64,000 nt of DNA from Ginglymostoma cirratum (lineage: Eukaryota): contig JAHRHZ010000012.1 of assembly GCA_024137785.1 (NCBI GenBank), positions 70,042,853 to 70,106,852 on the forward strand, written 5' to 3'. Of the stretch, positions 24,951-38,290 are shown one piece after another (position 1 is the stretch's first letter; every line of letters begins with the position of its first letter). The notes beneath the pieces are model-generated. The model worked only from the letters and a program-made list of their open reading frames with translations, had not been told where the DNA came from and did no database searches. The translations under genes and the position numbers were made by a program.

Positions 24951-26414
24951 AAAATGCAGAGTTGCACAAACAAAACATGATGCTACTTTCAGTATTTTCT
25001 ACAGATTCTGCTGTTGTGCCTGTAAAATATACAGAGATGACACCAATTTCTAAATCTAATCAATGCTTTTTAAAACAATCTGCTTTCTCATGCTTACAGC
25101 TTATTATTTTCAGTTTTATTTTTATAGTAATGATACTCAGACTTACTAACAATCCAGTTAACAGATGCACAAAAGAAAATAGAACAACTGTAAACATTCG
25201 TTGTTTGGTTCATTATTCTTGAAATAGAATGCTGCAGTTTATAAAAAGGTGTAATCTAACCAGCCTCTATAGTTAAATCACACTTTCCTGACTAAAGTGC
25301 TACTGTTTTGCTTATGTATCAAATTCTATTGGCATGGTTGGTTGGACATGCTTAGCACCAAGTCTAACAAGACTCCAAGGTTTCTTTCAACTACTTATTT
25401 TGCAATTCGACACCATTTATGGAATGTTCAAGTTGCTCTTTATGTTATTACTTTCTTGCGTTGTTCTGCCCATTTACAAATTTTGTCCATGTGTTCTGTA
25501 ATTTAATTCCACCATTTCCTCATAATTTGCTTTTATCAAGAAAAGTAATTTGTGTTAAGTCCTTGAATTTATGTTAGTTACAAAAATCCAAAGCAACAAC
25601 AGTAATATCTGGGACGCCCCATTCAAAAATTCAAGTCCCTCCACAACCACACCCCATTTAGTTACTTTAAGTTCACTTAACTTAAGTATACACATTCTTA
25701 TGGGACTGGCAAGTTTCCGAATTAGAAAGAAGAAGAAAAAGTTTGCACACCTTTCATGACCTTCTAAATTCTGTAACCATGGCCACAGTTTCATGGGGTG
25801 GGGGACAAAAAGAGGAGACAGAAGAGGGAGACATACGCAGACAGACACGGAAACAGAGAGACACAGAAAGAAAAGGATGCAATGAAGTGATCCCAACATG
25901 TCGAAAATCCAAACTTCATGGGACAACTGAAACTCACCAATCAGTTCAAAGAAGCCCCATTCTCATTGATGTCCAACATGTGAGAATTATGAACTTTTAC
26001 ACAGGATATAAATATATTCAAGAACAGATAAGGTATGTACAACTGCCACACTGTTAAGTTATTCAAATAGCCAGACTTCTAAAAATTGAAAAGAATAACT
26101 ATCTGTCTGCACCAGAGTGGAAAATGATGTTTGCTAGCAATTCCAATTGCTCTTTAGTGACATAACGCAAGGTCAAACTTTACTGTATTATTCACCTGAC
26201 TTTTCACATTTTCATAATGAATCTCCACCCATAACACCCTATTTGGACAGTGACGTATCCATGAACAATTAAAAAAAAACTTAACTCCTGATTAAAAATC
26301 AAACATCTGTATTCATAATCCCAAATAAATAGCTAATCTTTTTTAATAACTTCTTTGAGCTGTCAATCAAACTGATAAGTTGTATCTGAATACCGATGTT
26401 TGACTTTTAAAAAA

Positions 26415-26740
26415 TTGTTCCCAGATGTATCACTGCCTAGGCCATCATCTACCGCCCTTCCATAACTGCCCAGAAGGTAGTTCAAAGTCAACAGCTGTGC
26501 GATCTGGAGTCACAAGTTGACCAGACCAGGTAAGGAAGGCAGACTTGTTTCCCTAAGGAATAATGGTGATCTGGATGTTTTTTACGATGACTGACAGTAG
26601 ATACAAAGTTGCAATTCAACCAGCATTTCATATCCAGATTTTGTACCACCATGAGTTTCAAACCATATCCGAGGACATTAACTTGAGGATTCGGACTGCA
26701 AGCCCAGTAATATCTACACAAAACCACCTGCTGCCCACTA
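26415..26740 (-). mobile_element. Shark SINE, same family as 11790-12137
   Basis: tctggagtcacaagttgaccagaccaggtaagga...ttccctaagga is the reverse complement of the core at 11970-12050. Confidence 0.6.
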
Positions 26741-27874
26741 GTGCTGAATGGATTTAGATGTACTAAATGGGCTTTCATGAGAGTGCTTCTTTAAAACAAA
26801 AGACAAAGTCTGTAATAGATACGTAGAACTTTATTTAATCCCAAAATGGTTCCTTAGATCTGCTCATATTAGATGCTAGGTGAGTTGGTACAGAGCATAC
26901 AAGGGCACAGGGTGGAGGATGTGGGCAGAGGTAACACCAAGTTGACATAATGGGCTTTTAGGGTCATGGAGTGGTACGCCATGAGTTGACAATGATGAGC
27001 AAAAGGTGGTAAATGGGGATGAAAGGGAGAAGGGCTTGAGGGACCAATGTTTAAGAAAAGAAAAAAAAACTGAGTTTAAGTGCCATAGAACAGAGGCCTA
27101 ATTGATATTCAAAACAATATGCTATCCGAATCCAGGTAAACAGGCCAGAGTGCATCCCACACCAGACCCCAAATAAGGATCACCCATTCAGGGCAAAATA
27201 TTCCTGATTTAGACTCGGCAAGTTATAAAAGCAAAATCAGACATTATCTCTACAACAGTTCCGCATTCACTCTTAACTGCACTGTAATTCCAAGCAATAT
27301 TACATGCTCAAATATTTGAAGCCAAGCTTGTAGCCAGGGCCTATTGTCTCAAATTTAAACACAGCGTAAGCCCTTTGATACAGGTTTGCATTTGGACATT
27401 AGCTTGCAGAAGAACAAAAACACAAAAAAAGTGTTGGAGATCAAACAAAACCAGAACATATTAACAAACAATTTAATGCCCTGGATAAACTCTCCCAGCA
27501 TTCCATCGAATGTACCAAAAACAGCACTGTTTACACAGACACAGAAGTTTAATGAGTATTTCCAATTTTTAGTTACCTGGAAACATGTGCACTGAAAGTC
27601 AACCTCATTCCCATCCTTCATTATCAGATAATTATTTACAGTAGACTAAAATTTATGCAATAACAAGTGGTCATATCATACTGCTGTTCATACCCAAAGT
27701 ATAGCCTGAGAACAGTCTTACTCAAGATCCCAAAGCCACTTGACTTCAGACCAGCAAAGATAACCAGCATTACCCATGAACACAAAACTGCCCTCTTTCT
27801 GACCTTATTATAGAGGGAACGTCATTGATGAAGCAGCTGAAAATGGTTGGTTCCAGGACACTACCCTGAGGAAC

Positions 27875-27993
27875 TGGTTCTTGTGACTCAGTGGTAGTAT
27901 CCCTGCCTCTGTGCTAGGAGGCCTGGGTTCAAATCTCACTTGTTCCAGGAGTGTGTAATAACGTCTCTGAACAGGTTGATAAGAAAATATCTA
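27875..27993 (+). mobile_element. Short tRNA-headed SINE inserted in a LINE fragment; related copy at about 42320-42420
   Basis: gactcagtggtag (A box), gggttcaaatc (B box) and the ending aggttgataagaaaatatct. Confidence 0.6.
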
Positions 27994-28699
27994 CCCAAGG
28001 AATTCCTGCAACAATTTACTAGGGCAGAAATAGGAACTCCAATAACCACAACCACTGAGACAGTGTTCCCTCCAAATTTTGTGAACATGCAGCGGCTCCA
28101 AAGATCCAATGCAGGTGAAGCAAGTTATATCTGCATAGGCACACAACAAAATTTAAAAGGGGCCTTACATGTAGAATCGCCCCCATATTCCAAAGAGAAT
28201 AATTAGAAGCACTCTGCTACAGATACTGATAAGTTGGTAATCCACAACTTTCATGGTCATTTTCCTCTTGCTAGATTTCAGTTGTAAGGAGCAAAAGTTA
28301 TTATGCTCTACAATGTGGAAAATTGGCCTGCTATATCATTTGCAAACATCAGAACAAATTTAATCAAGCCAACAAATGACCTATCAGCCTACTTTAATTA
28401 TTGATAAAGTGATGAATAGAATCATCAACAGTATTATCAAGCACCATTTATCACCAACAACCTGTTCACTCAGACACAGTTTGAATTTCATCAGAACGAC
28501 TTAGTTCCAGACCTTACTATAACCGCGGTTCAAAAAAAAGTATTTAATTCCAGACATGAGAACAGAGCATTAGTGTCATGAAACAGCATTAATTGCTAGT
28601 CTTATTGTAAAAGGAACAATTAAGTAGTCATAATGTATTTGAATTCTAGATCAAATTTAAAAGTCACGTGACTCAAGTCCAGAAAAACAAATCTTGTAT

Positions 28700-29650
28700 C
28701 TGACCAAAGTCAAAGTCAATTCACTTAGAAAATCATTGTATGGTAAGAAAGAGCCAGAGGTTTCCTGAAAAATAAATCAATCTCGCTTGAGAAATTTACA
28801 AGATTTTCGAAGCTATAATGAACAGTGTTTATAAAGAGGAGCTAGATGATGTAATCTGTTTAGATTTCCAAAAGCATTTGAATAGGTGCATACAAAAGAT
28901 TATTAAGCAAGAGCTCATGAAAGTGGGAGTAATATATTAGCATATGAATTGTTAATGAACAGATAACAGTCAGTGGGGGATAAAGGGCACTTTCAAAGTG
29001 GCAGGTTGTGACAAGTTAAATGCTACAAGGATTATTGCTGGGGTTAAAGAGACATAGTAAATTTGCCAATGAAACAAAACAAATTGGAGTTCAACTGTGA
29101 GGACAACCAAGAGCCTACCAAAGAGGTACAGACAGATTAAGTGATTGGGAAACAAAGTGGAAATGAAGCATAATGCAAAGAAGTGATAGCTTATTCGCTT
29201 TGGTCATAACAGTAGAAAAGCATTCTCTTTTAGTAAAGGTGTGAAACTCCTAAATACTGATGTTCAGAGAGAGTGTATTTATGAGGACAACAGAGTTACA
29301 GAAAGCAACTAGCAATGCAAATACATGCTATTATTGCAAGAAGGGGGTTGGGGTGTGGCTGGAGGAGATGGAGACGGTTTAGAAGATGAAAAAGAAATCT
29401 GTTACAATTGCACACTGCTTTCTTGAGACCACAGTCGGGAGTAATGTGTGCAGTACTGGTCTCCATATTGGAAGTAATACAGGAAAGACTCATCAGTTTC
29501 TGGGAGGAGGGGATTCTCCTACAATGAGAGACTTTTGCTATCTATCATCCTTCGAGTCAATCACACAGGTCTGAATTAAAAAATATACCTTCAAACAGGT
29601 ATAGTGAACTTTTAGAATTCTCAACTGCTGAGGGTTATGGCTGCTCCAGC
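28700..29650 (+). mobile_element. Highly decayed CR1 LINE RT fragment
   Basis: ttagatttccaaaagcatttga is an LDFQKAFD-like motif, followed by aaatttgccaatgaaacaaaa (KFADDTK-like). Confidence 0.6.
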
Positions 29651-29679
29651 ACTTCTTAAAAATTCATTCATAGGAGGTG

Positions 29680-30930
29680 AAAATTATTGGCTGACCAGCA
29701 CTTATGGCTCATCTCATTGCCCATGAGAAGGGTGTGGGAAGCAGCCTTCTTGAACCGCTACAATCCATTTGGATTAGCTAGGCCCATGTGCCTTTACGGA
29801 GGATTTTTGGCTCACCAATAAGGAACAGCAATATATATTTCCAGCTCAGGATGGTGAGTGGTTCGGAGCAGAACTTGCAGATGTTTCCCATGTATCTGCT
29901 GCCCTTCTCTTTTTCAATGAAAGCATCTGAGAGTTTGGAAGGTGCTGGCTAAAGAGTCTTGGTGAATATTTGCAGTGCTTCTTGTAGATGGTACGATTAC
30001 TACTACTGTTACTACTACTACTATGCATCAGTGATGGGGAGTGGGTGTTTGCTGACCTGGTGCCAAACAAACAGGTCACTTTATCCTGAATGGTGTCAAG
30101 CTTCCAGGCTGATGTTGGAGCTGCCCTTATCTAGGCAAGCGGGGAGTGCTCCATCAAACTCCTGTGCCTTGGAGATGGTGGAAAGGCTTTGAGGAGTCAA
30201 GAGAGGAGTTACTCTCTGCAGGATTCCTCATCATCTTTGATCTGTTCTTGTTGTCACAATATTTATATGGCTAGTCAAGTTTGGTTTCTGGTCCATGGTG
30301 ACTTCCAGGATGCTGATAGTGGGGGATTCAGCAATGGTGATGGCATTGAATGTCAAGAAGCAATGACCGGACTCTCTCTTTTTGGACATGGTCACTGTCA
30401 TTCCAAACCTGGATATTCTTCAGGTCTTACTGCATGTAGGCAAAGTCTGCTGCAGTATCTGACGAGTCGCAAATGGTGCTGAATATTGTACAGACATTAG
30501 CACACCTCCCTACTAAAGGGAAGGTCATTGAAGAAGCAGCTGAAGAGGACTGGGACTAGGACATTATCCTGAGAAACCCATGCACAGATACTCTGGAGCT
30601 GAGATGACTGACCTCCAACAACCGTAACCTGCGTGTCAGGTATGACTCTGAACAGCTGAGTTTTCCCAATTCCCATTGTTCTTGGCTGACTGTGGCATCA
30701 AGGATGCAATCTCTCATCCCGTCCCTGGAAATCAGCTCTTTTGTCCATGTTTGAACTAAGACTATATACTGAGGTCAGGACTCGGGTGTTCCTGCCAGAA
30801 CACAAACTGAGCATCAGTTAGCTTGTTATCACTAACCAAGTGCTGTTTAACAACACCTTCCATCATGTTACTGATGACTGAGAGTAAACTGCTGGGACTG
30901 TAGTTGGCCAAGTTGGATTTGTCCTCCTTT
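29680..30930 (-). mobile_element. Decayed LINE (CR1/L2 group) RT and 3' fragment
   Basis: Shares segments with 15360-15670, 60120-60400 (same strand) and 36150-36900 (opposite strand), such as ttcttgaacc...gtccatttgg and tcattgaagaagcagctgaaga. Confidence 0.6.
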
Positions 30931-32269
30931 TAGTTTATAGGAGATCTTGATTTATTTGTCCAGGTAAGAACAAAATGGAAGTTTTTATAAACATAGCCTC
31001 CTCCTCAACACGATTCAGGCTCTGTGTGACCAAACAGCTGTTAACCAGGAGCATTATTTAATATGGGCTATAGTTGATATGAAGAGTAAGGTGACAAATC
31101 AGCAATGATCGCATTGATCGATGAAAGAGGCTTATTCATGTTCCTATGTACAAAGGTATAAAAAGCAGCACATTATGCATGAAGTATTTTGCTCAAAATA
31201 AAATTAAACATAGTCTCAAATGATTCACAACTTCAAAGAACCTTGAAGAGTAAATTATAGAAGTTTGATTGGTTTAGAGTTAAAAGAGATCAACAATAGT
31301 TTTTACAAAATAACACAACTGCTGTCCTACCTGCTCAAGATTTGATAAAATCTTTGAGGATTGTGTATCCCTGTTCCTTTTGAATGGAAGCATAATAATA
31401 AATACTTGTAAATTAAATCTTCAGGGATGAGGAATAGTGTGTTATGGCCATCTGCATCACTTTTGAAGAAAGGTGGGTTTACAGCACTCTACAAATGGAA
31501 ATCTCATCTTTCAAGAAACATGGAAGAGGGCAATCACACACTGACAAATTTTGTTATTTTTATGATTTGGTTACGGTGGGGAGCAATTCGCAGCTAATTT
31601 TTCAAAAAAGGAATATCAACAGCTTTCAGGCAGTGATGCTGATATCTATCATGAGATTATTGACCACATTCTGATGTCATTGCTGATTACCCCCAAAGCA
31701 AATAGGTCCTTGCTCAGCTTCTGTCTCCCTTTGAAAACCATCACTATTGCCACCTCTGCAAGTCAGACAATGGTACAAGAGCTAATATATATGGCTGTAA
31801 AACTGAAAGAATTTAGGTAATACATAGTACATAAAATGGATAACTTTAGAGTTGCAGCCATGTTATGTTCTTTCACCTCCTTTAAAGTTGACTTTGGTAC
31901 GACCATCTACATCTTATACAAATAAAAAAACTGTGACGAAGTGAAAGGCATTTTTCAGGGTACACGGATGTAGGGAGTGTAGATAATGAGTTCATTCTCA
32001 AACAAATACAAAAAGCTGGTTCATGCATCTCATATAGAGTTGGATATAATCTGCTTGCAATTTTTTGAAGTGCATGATCCAAGCCCTTTGAAGGAAGTGA
32101 CGAGTTGGTATTGTTCTATTTGGAGTGTACTTATCAATACTGGAGTAATATGCATAAATATTAAGTACTGCAACTTTATGTTGAATAAAACATACCCAAA
32201 CATTTGAAAACTGTGACAAGTTAGCAGTCATGATCCCAAATATCTTAGAAACCATAATCTTTAACAGTA

Positions 32270-32710
32270 TCCTCCAGGGCTCAACGGTGGCACTTTTGTC
32301 ATAGGATCAGAAGATTATGGCTTCGAGCTTCACTAGACTGCAGCTCAGAATCTAAACCAACAATTAAGCACAATAACGAGGGAATGCTATATTGTGATAA
32401 CAAGGTGTAGATACATTTGGGATGTTAAGGCAGATGGTGTCTTTACTTCTCACGTGGACATAAAAGAGCCTATTGTACTATTTCAATGGCATTGTAGTTC
32501 TCCCAGTATCCTGGCTAATATTTATCACTCAACTAACATTACAAAAGACTGTTTGGCTATTATCTCGGTGCTATTTGTGGGACCTCGTTGTGCAGCCATG
32601 CTTCCTACAATAGTGATTGCATTTCACAATGACATCATTGGCCGTAAAACACTTTGCTCAATTTGGGACTTCCTGAAGTCATGAAAGGCATTGACAACTA
32701 TAAATTCTGT
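32270..32710 (+). mobile_element. Deu-domain SINE (SacSINE1/AmnSINE1-related)
   Basis: gtggacataaaagagcctattgtactattt...ttctcccagtatcctggctaatatttatcactcaac...gctatttgtgggacct...gaagtcatgaaaggc follows the Deu core and tail order as I recall it. Confidence 0.7.
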
Positions 32711-35700
32711 ATTTCCCAGTACTTCTCAAACTGGAAAAATACGCATTTAAAAACACAAAAAGGGAACCAAATCCAGTTATGACACTAGCTAAATTAAGCT
32801 CGAGTTTGACTTGTTTGTTGCTTCAACTAAAGAGATACAAGAGATACAAAGCATATTTCAAGAGGTTTTCATTAGAATTTCATTTCTCCCCCATAAGATA
32901 ATGCATCAACAATCATACATTGTATAAAAAGTGACTTCACACCATATGAGTAATATTCTAATTTCAAAGCAGACCAACATAAAAATTAATCACCTATTTC
33001 ATTGCCAGAGTGGTCGAGGGACCTGCCTGCATTATTCAAAAGAAACATACATCCAAAGGTGCCCTTCGAGAGAATATGGAGCAGAAATCATGAAACTATT
33101 AAAAGTACATTTTAAAAAATACATTGTTTGAACACTGTAGTTCAAGTATCCAAAATACTTTGTAGAAATGACAGCTTTAGGCATGCATAATGATTAAGGT
33201 ATTTATTCTTTCTTTTACACATATAAATTTTATTTTGAAAGCTGCATGACCAGAGCTTGGCAGCACTAAGTGCATTACGCTTATTCACTCTCAGGGCAGA
33301 TTGTGAACCCATTGACAAGAGGAAGCTCTTGTATATGTCTGGCAGCTCTTAGCCCAGCATCTCAAGTACTCTTCATTGTTTGTGTTCCTAATGCAGAACT
33401 CTTGAAACACGCCAGAATGTTTGCATTCATTTTTAATAGCAAGCTTAAGAGCAAGGCCTATCAAAAGAATGACAAAGCAATTCCATTCATCAGTTCCTGC
33501 TACAGCAATGATGGCCTTTTGATTTATTCACAAATGACAAGCTCGGCAAGCCCCTTACTGAAGTACTTTCGTCTTTTTGAGAATCATTAGAATTAACATG
33601 AAGGAATTCTGCTACATTTTATATAATCAATGAGCATATGACATTTTCTATTCTTGTTTCAGTTCTCACTAATTAACAGCTTACAGCATTGACCTAGGGG
33701 CTTTCAGGCAAGCTTAAATTATTTGCTGCACACCTATATTCAGTATGTAACTACAAGATGAAAAGGGATAATCAAGAACATCAAGATAGCTTATGAACTG
33801 ACATTTGAACAGAAATAAGGAATACCTCAAGCATGATTGTATTTACGCACTACAAACAAAAAAAAGCGTCAGAATTTGCCATCAGTGGCACAGTGGTGAT
33901 GATGGCAGTCACCAATTAATTCAAAGTAAGTTGTCCACAAAGTTCTCTTGAGCTCTGCAGTATGGGTGTCACCCTTTTCTATATTCAGGTGCCAGGTACA
34001 GGAGGTTTATGCTGTCCATTCACAAAATAGACTATCACAATGAACAATTCTTTCAAACAGCAAATGATGAAGCAGGTTTCAACTGTTCACCTTTTACGAA
34101 TTTTAAAAAAATGGAACTAAAGATTACAACACGAGATTAAAATACAAAATGGAAACATCACACTTTAAAGAAAATCTTAATCTATGGAACAATGACAGAA
34201 AGGGAATAGAAAAATACATTTTGTAAACATAAACATGTTCACCGAAACAAGAGACATTGTTCACTAGTAATTACAAGCTGGCACACTTAAAAACCTAGTT
34301 ACACCTCATTCAAAGTGTACCTCTGTCAAGGGTTGTTATGGGTAGAGGGTAGCATAAAAATGAAAGTTCACACAATTCAGTACCTTTTACACTATTTCCA
34401 TCTGTTTGAAATTAAACAGCACAATCTACAGAGCAGCAGGGAGTCACTGACAGCAACTTCTGGATTTCTGCATTCAGCTGTGCATATTTGTTCTCCAGAG
34501 GTTATTGTTAATTTTACAGAAAAACAATGTAATTGCAGATGATTTTTGCCATAATTGCAACTGCAAAATCCAGATCAATAATTAATTATGCTTTCTTTTG
34601 ACCGTAATCTGTTAGCTGAAATATAAATATATATATAGAAGCAACATAAACTTATACTGAACTCAACTTGCACACAGTCTGATACTTATAGATAGTAACT
34701 TCCTGAATATTTTGCCACACAAGAATTGCAACACAGAAATATGGAAACTTACAGTACAAATTCAGGCCTTTCAACCAGTCATGCTTGTGCTGCCTCTTTA
34801 AAGAGCAGTTGTGCTTAGTCTCAAATCTCCTCTGATAGCATTTAACCCTATAAATTCTTAATCTTCAAGGACTTGTCCAATTTCATTTAAAATTTATAGA
34901 ATCAACTTCCACCACCTTTTACAAAGAGATTTTCAGATTCTAATAACTTCTCTCTCCCCTCAAGATTTTTGCCAACGATTCTGAGTTTATGACTTCTAGT
35001 TAATTCCCCATTCACCAGAGAAAAATTATTCCCTCTATCTACTTCGAAAAAATCTCTCAGCATCTTGAATACTTACATTCAGTCATTTCTTTAATCAATC
35101 TCTGCTTCAAGGAATACAGTTCTAACTTCTCCAACCTTTCCTAATCACAGACATCTCATAGCATCTTGACAAAATTCTGATGAAGTTTTAGGCCTTTACA
35201 ACTTTCCCAATTGTGGTAACCAGAATTGGCCACAATATTGCAGTTGATCCTTGACAAGTAATTTCTAATATTGTAAAATGACCTTTTTAGTAAAGCTTCT
35301 CGTAAATTATTCAACCTCCCAATGTGCTAAACATTTCTTTTCTTTATATTTTTATATGCTCTAAAAATGTTTATCCAAAGTTTTTCACACAACCATGAAA
35401 ACATTGGCTATTGTTCTGCACTACTTTCTACAAAACAGTCAGCTAATTAATCACTTCATTAATTCACATACCTACCTTATTAAGTCGATGCAAGAAACTG
35501 GCTGCATTAATTTACATTTTCCAGATTATTCCTTTTCTGAAAATGTTACTAATTGGAGACACCACCGGTGCTGAACGCCTTTTGTCAACTTTTTCAAAGA
35601 ACCATGTTGGTGAAGTTTCTGTGCATCTAACTGAGTGAATGTTCTCTGCCCATTGTAGCACACCCCTGAACAACTTGCCTAAGTTTTGTCAGTCATGGTT

Positions 35701-36149
35701 CAGATTGATTGAAATTGCTAAACTCTGGCAAAGTACACACAAGGATGCTGATGTTCAACTGAACTGAAGGTGCATAAGAAATTAGTAACATTTTCCATGT
35801 TTTTCTAGCCAGGGTAGGCTTGATGGGTGATTTAGAGCAAATACAGTCTCAATCTCCTATGAAACCATATGTTTCAATAACCAAACTGCTGGATCAAGTC
35901 ATCCTGCCCCAATAAACATACCTGCAGACTTCTCTAATTAAGACACTGCATTACCTGAGCGCTAATAGAGCACCAGCTCAGCACTACAATTTTTCATCAG
36001 CAGACATCTTATTCAAAAATCATGCCATCTGATAAATGACCCTTCCAATTTATTTCCTTTGTCCTTAACTTCGTATCCACCCTGATATATTATGTTAGAG
36101 TATGACATGAACAGCAGAGGTTATCCCAAGCGTAAACATTACATCAAAA

Positions 36150-36900
36150 TTCTGGGGCAGCAGTGGGTTAACAATAACCAGAAAGAGAGCTGTATTAGCT
36201 GTGGCTACAAGAGCCAGCCAGAAGTTAGGAATTCTGTAGCAAGTAATCAACCTCCCAATTCACTAAAATCAATCTGCTGTTTTGTGCCTACTGGACAGGA
36301 TTGTGACAAGATATTGTCTACTTGCTTGGACAAGTGCAGCTTCAACAATTCTCAAAAACCTCCACACGACCCAGGTGAAAGTAACTCGCTTGATCAGCAC
36401 CTCATCCACCAATTAAAAATGCACTCCCTCTACCAGCAGCACACAGTCCCAGCCATGTGGAACATTTACAAGATGCAGTCCAACAATTAGGCAAGTCTAT
36501 GTCAGTAACATTCCCAATAAATTGCACAGCCACTCAAATTCGTCCCAAGTCAGCGCGAGCAGATCAATATGCTAACACACTAAGTTCGAGTTTTCGAAGT
36601 CACTGCCATGTACGGATATTGGAGGCCTATAGACAAAAACAATTAGACGGAGTATTGTTTTTTAGCACCTTCCAAACCCGTATCTCTATTACGTAGAAAT
36701 ACAAGATCCTCAGCTGCATGGGAACACCATCAAGTTTCCTGCCAAGTCACACAACATCTCACCCTTCTCAAACTGTCAGTGGTTCAAATGCCTGGAACCC
36801 ACTTCCTAACAGCAAGTGGGATGTCTCCACACACCACGGGCTGCAGCTTTTCCAGTCAAATCACCACCACCTTCTTAAAGTTTAATTAGGAATGGGTAAT
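36150..36900 (+). mobile_element. Decayed LINE 3' fragment
   Basis: Inverse of the 29680-30200 and 15360-15670 family; ends caccaccaccttcttaaag...aattaggaatgggtaataaa. Confidence 0.55.
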
Positions 36901-37739
36901 AAAAATCAGTTCGAGTGATGAGTATGACTCACGTACTTGTGTTATCAAAAAGATGAAATATGTTTTCTAAAAGCCATTCACAATAGGAGTTAATGCCAAG
37001 AAGTATGGAAATAATTTCCAACAGTTAAGTCATGGCAGGTACTTGGGTAGATGGCATCCATCAATGCCATATAAAGGTTATACTGCTAACTGAGGTGTTT
37101 ACATATGTCATGTTATGCTAAAATTTATTTTCCTATTTACAAAGATACTCCTGCCTGTTTTCAGCAATATAGCATCATTAGTGATTGAGTGAATGGAGTT
37201 CAGTTTTATTAAATACTTGAGATTTGTAGTTGTTCTTAAGTTCACAACTGTTTGCTGTAGACCAAGGGCCACTTTTGAAACTGACAGTGATAGGAAACAT
37301 TTATTTATACTTCTGATTACCAATTAACATTATGAGGGCATTTTAAACAGTTGCTGTCAGACATTACCAATGTGTGCCAATTCATTCACATGGAGGTCTG
37401 ATATTACAATGTAAATATACCAATCATTAACAGCATTTATTGCTGAAAGTGGGAAATGGTTTGCTGTGCAGATAGAAAAGTAAACGTACGTAGCACTTGC
37501 TAACATACAAAGCTCCAATTCATACTGTAGCCTTACATCTTTCATCATGAAGAATTCAGGAGTTTGGCTCTCAGATGAGGAAAGGAAGACTTCAAGCTTA
37601 TAGACAACTCATGGATATTGGTCACAACAACTGCTGCATACACAAGGTGAAGTATTGTAGATTACCTTTACAACTTTGAACACAGTTCAAACACTGCATG
37701 CATTTTAAAGGCAACATATTGTTACAATACCAGAACAAT

Positions 37740-38290
37740 TCTGTTATACAGGACACTGTTAAGACCATGTCTCCTTTTTTAAAGATGGATGTAAATGTAT
37801 TGGAGATGGTTCAGCGGAAGTAGAGGTAGTAGACTGATATCTGGAATAAGTTGGATATCTACTAAGGATAAGCTAGACAGTCTGAGCTTATTTCACCTGG
37901 AACATAGAAGAGCTAAAGGTGACTTGTTGTTTAAATGATCCAGAATGACAAGGTGGGCGTAGAAAGGATGTTTTCCCTTTGAGGGTATTCAGAAGCAGGG
38001 GGCGCTATTTCAAGATTAGCGGTCACCTTTAAGATAAAAAATGAGGAGAATTTTTCTTCTCTCAAAGGGTTGTCTAATTTTTGAACCCTCTCCCAGAAGG
38101 CAATGGAAATAAGGTCATTGAATATTGTTAAAGCAGAGGTAGATCGCTTCCCTTGCCTAACAAGAATTTAAGGTTTTCAGGGAAAATGTGTGAATGTGGA
38201 ATTTAAAACACAAAACAGATCATGAACGATCTTTCTTGAATGATAGAGCAGTGTCAAATGATTGAATGGTCTACTTCTGCTCCTATATCA
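37740..38290 (+). mobile_element. Decayed CR1 LINE 3' fragment
   Basis: atgaggagaatttttcttctctcaaagggttgt...gaatggtctacttctgctcctatatc is a CR1 end pattern. Confidence 0.6.
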
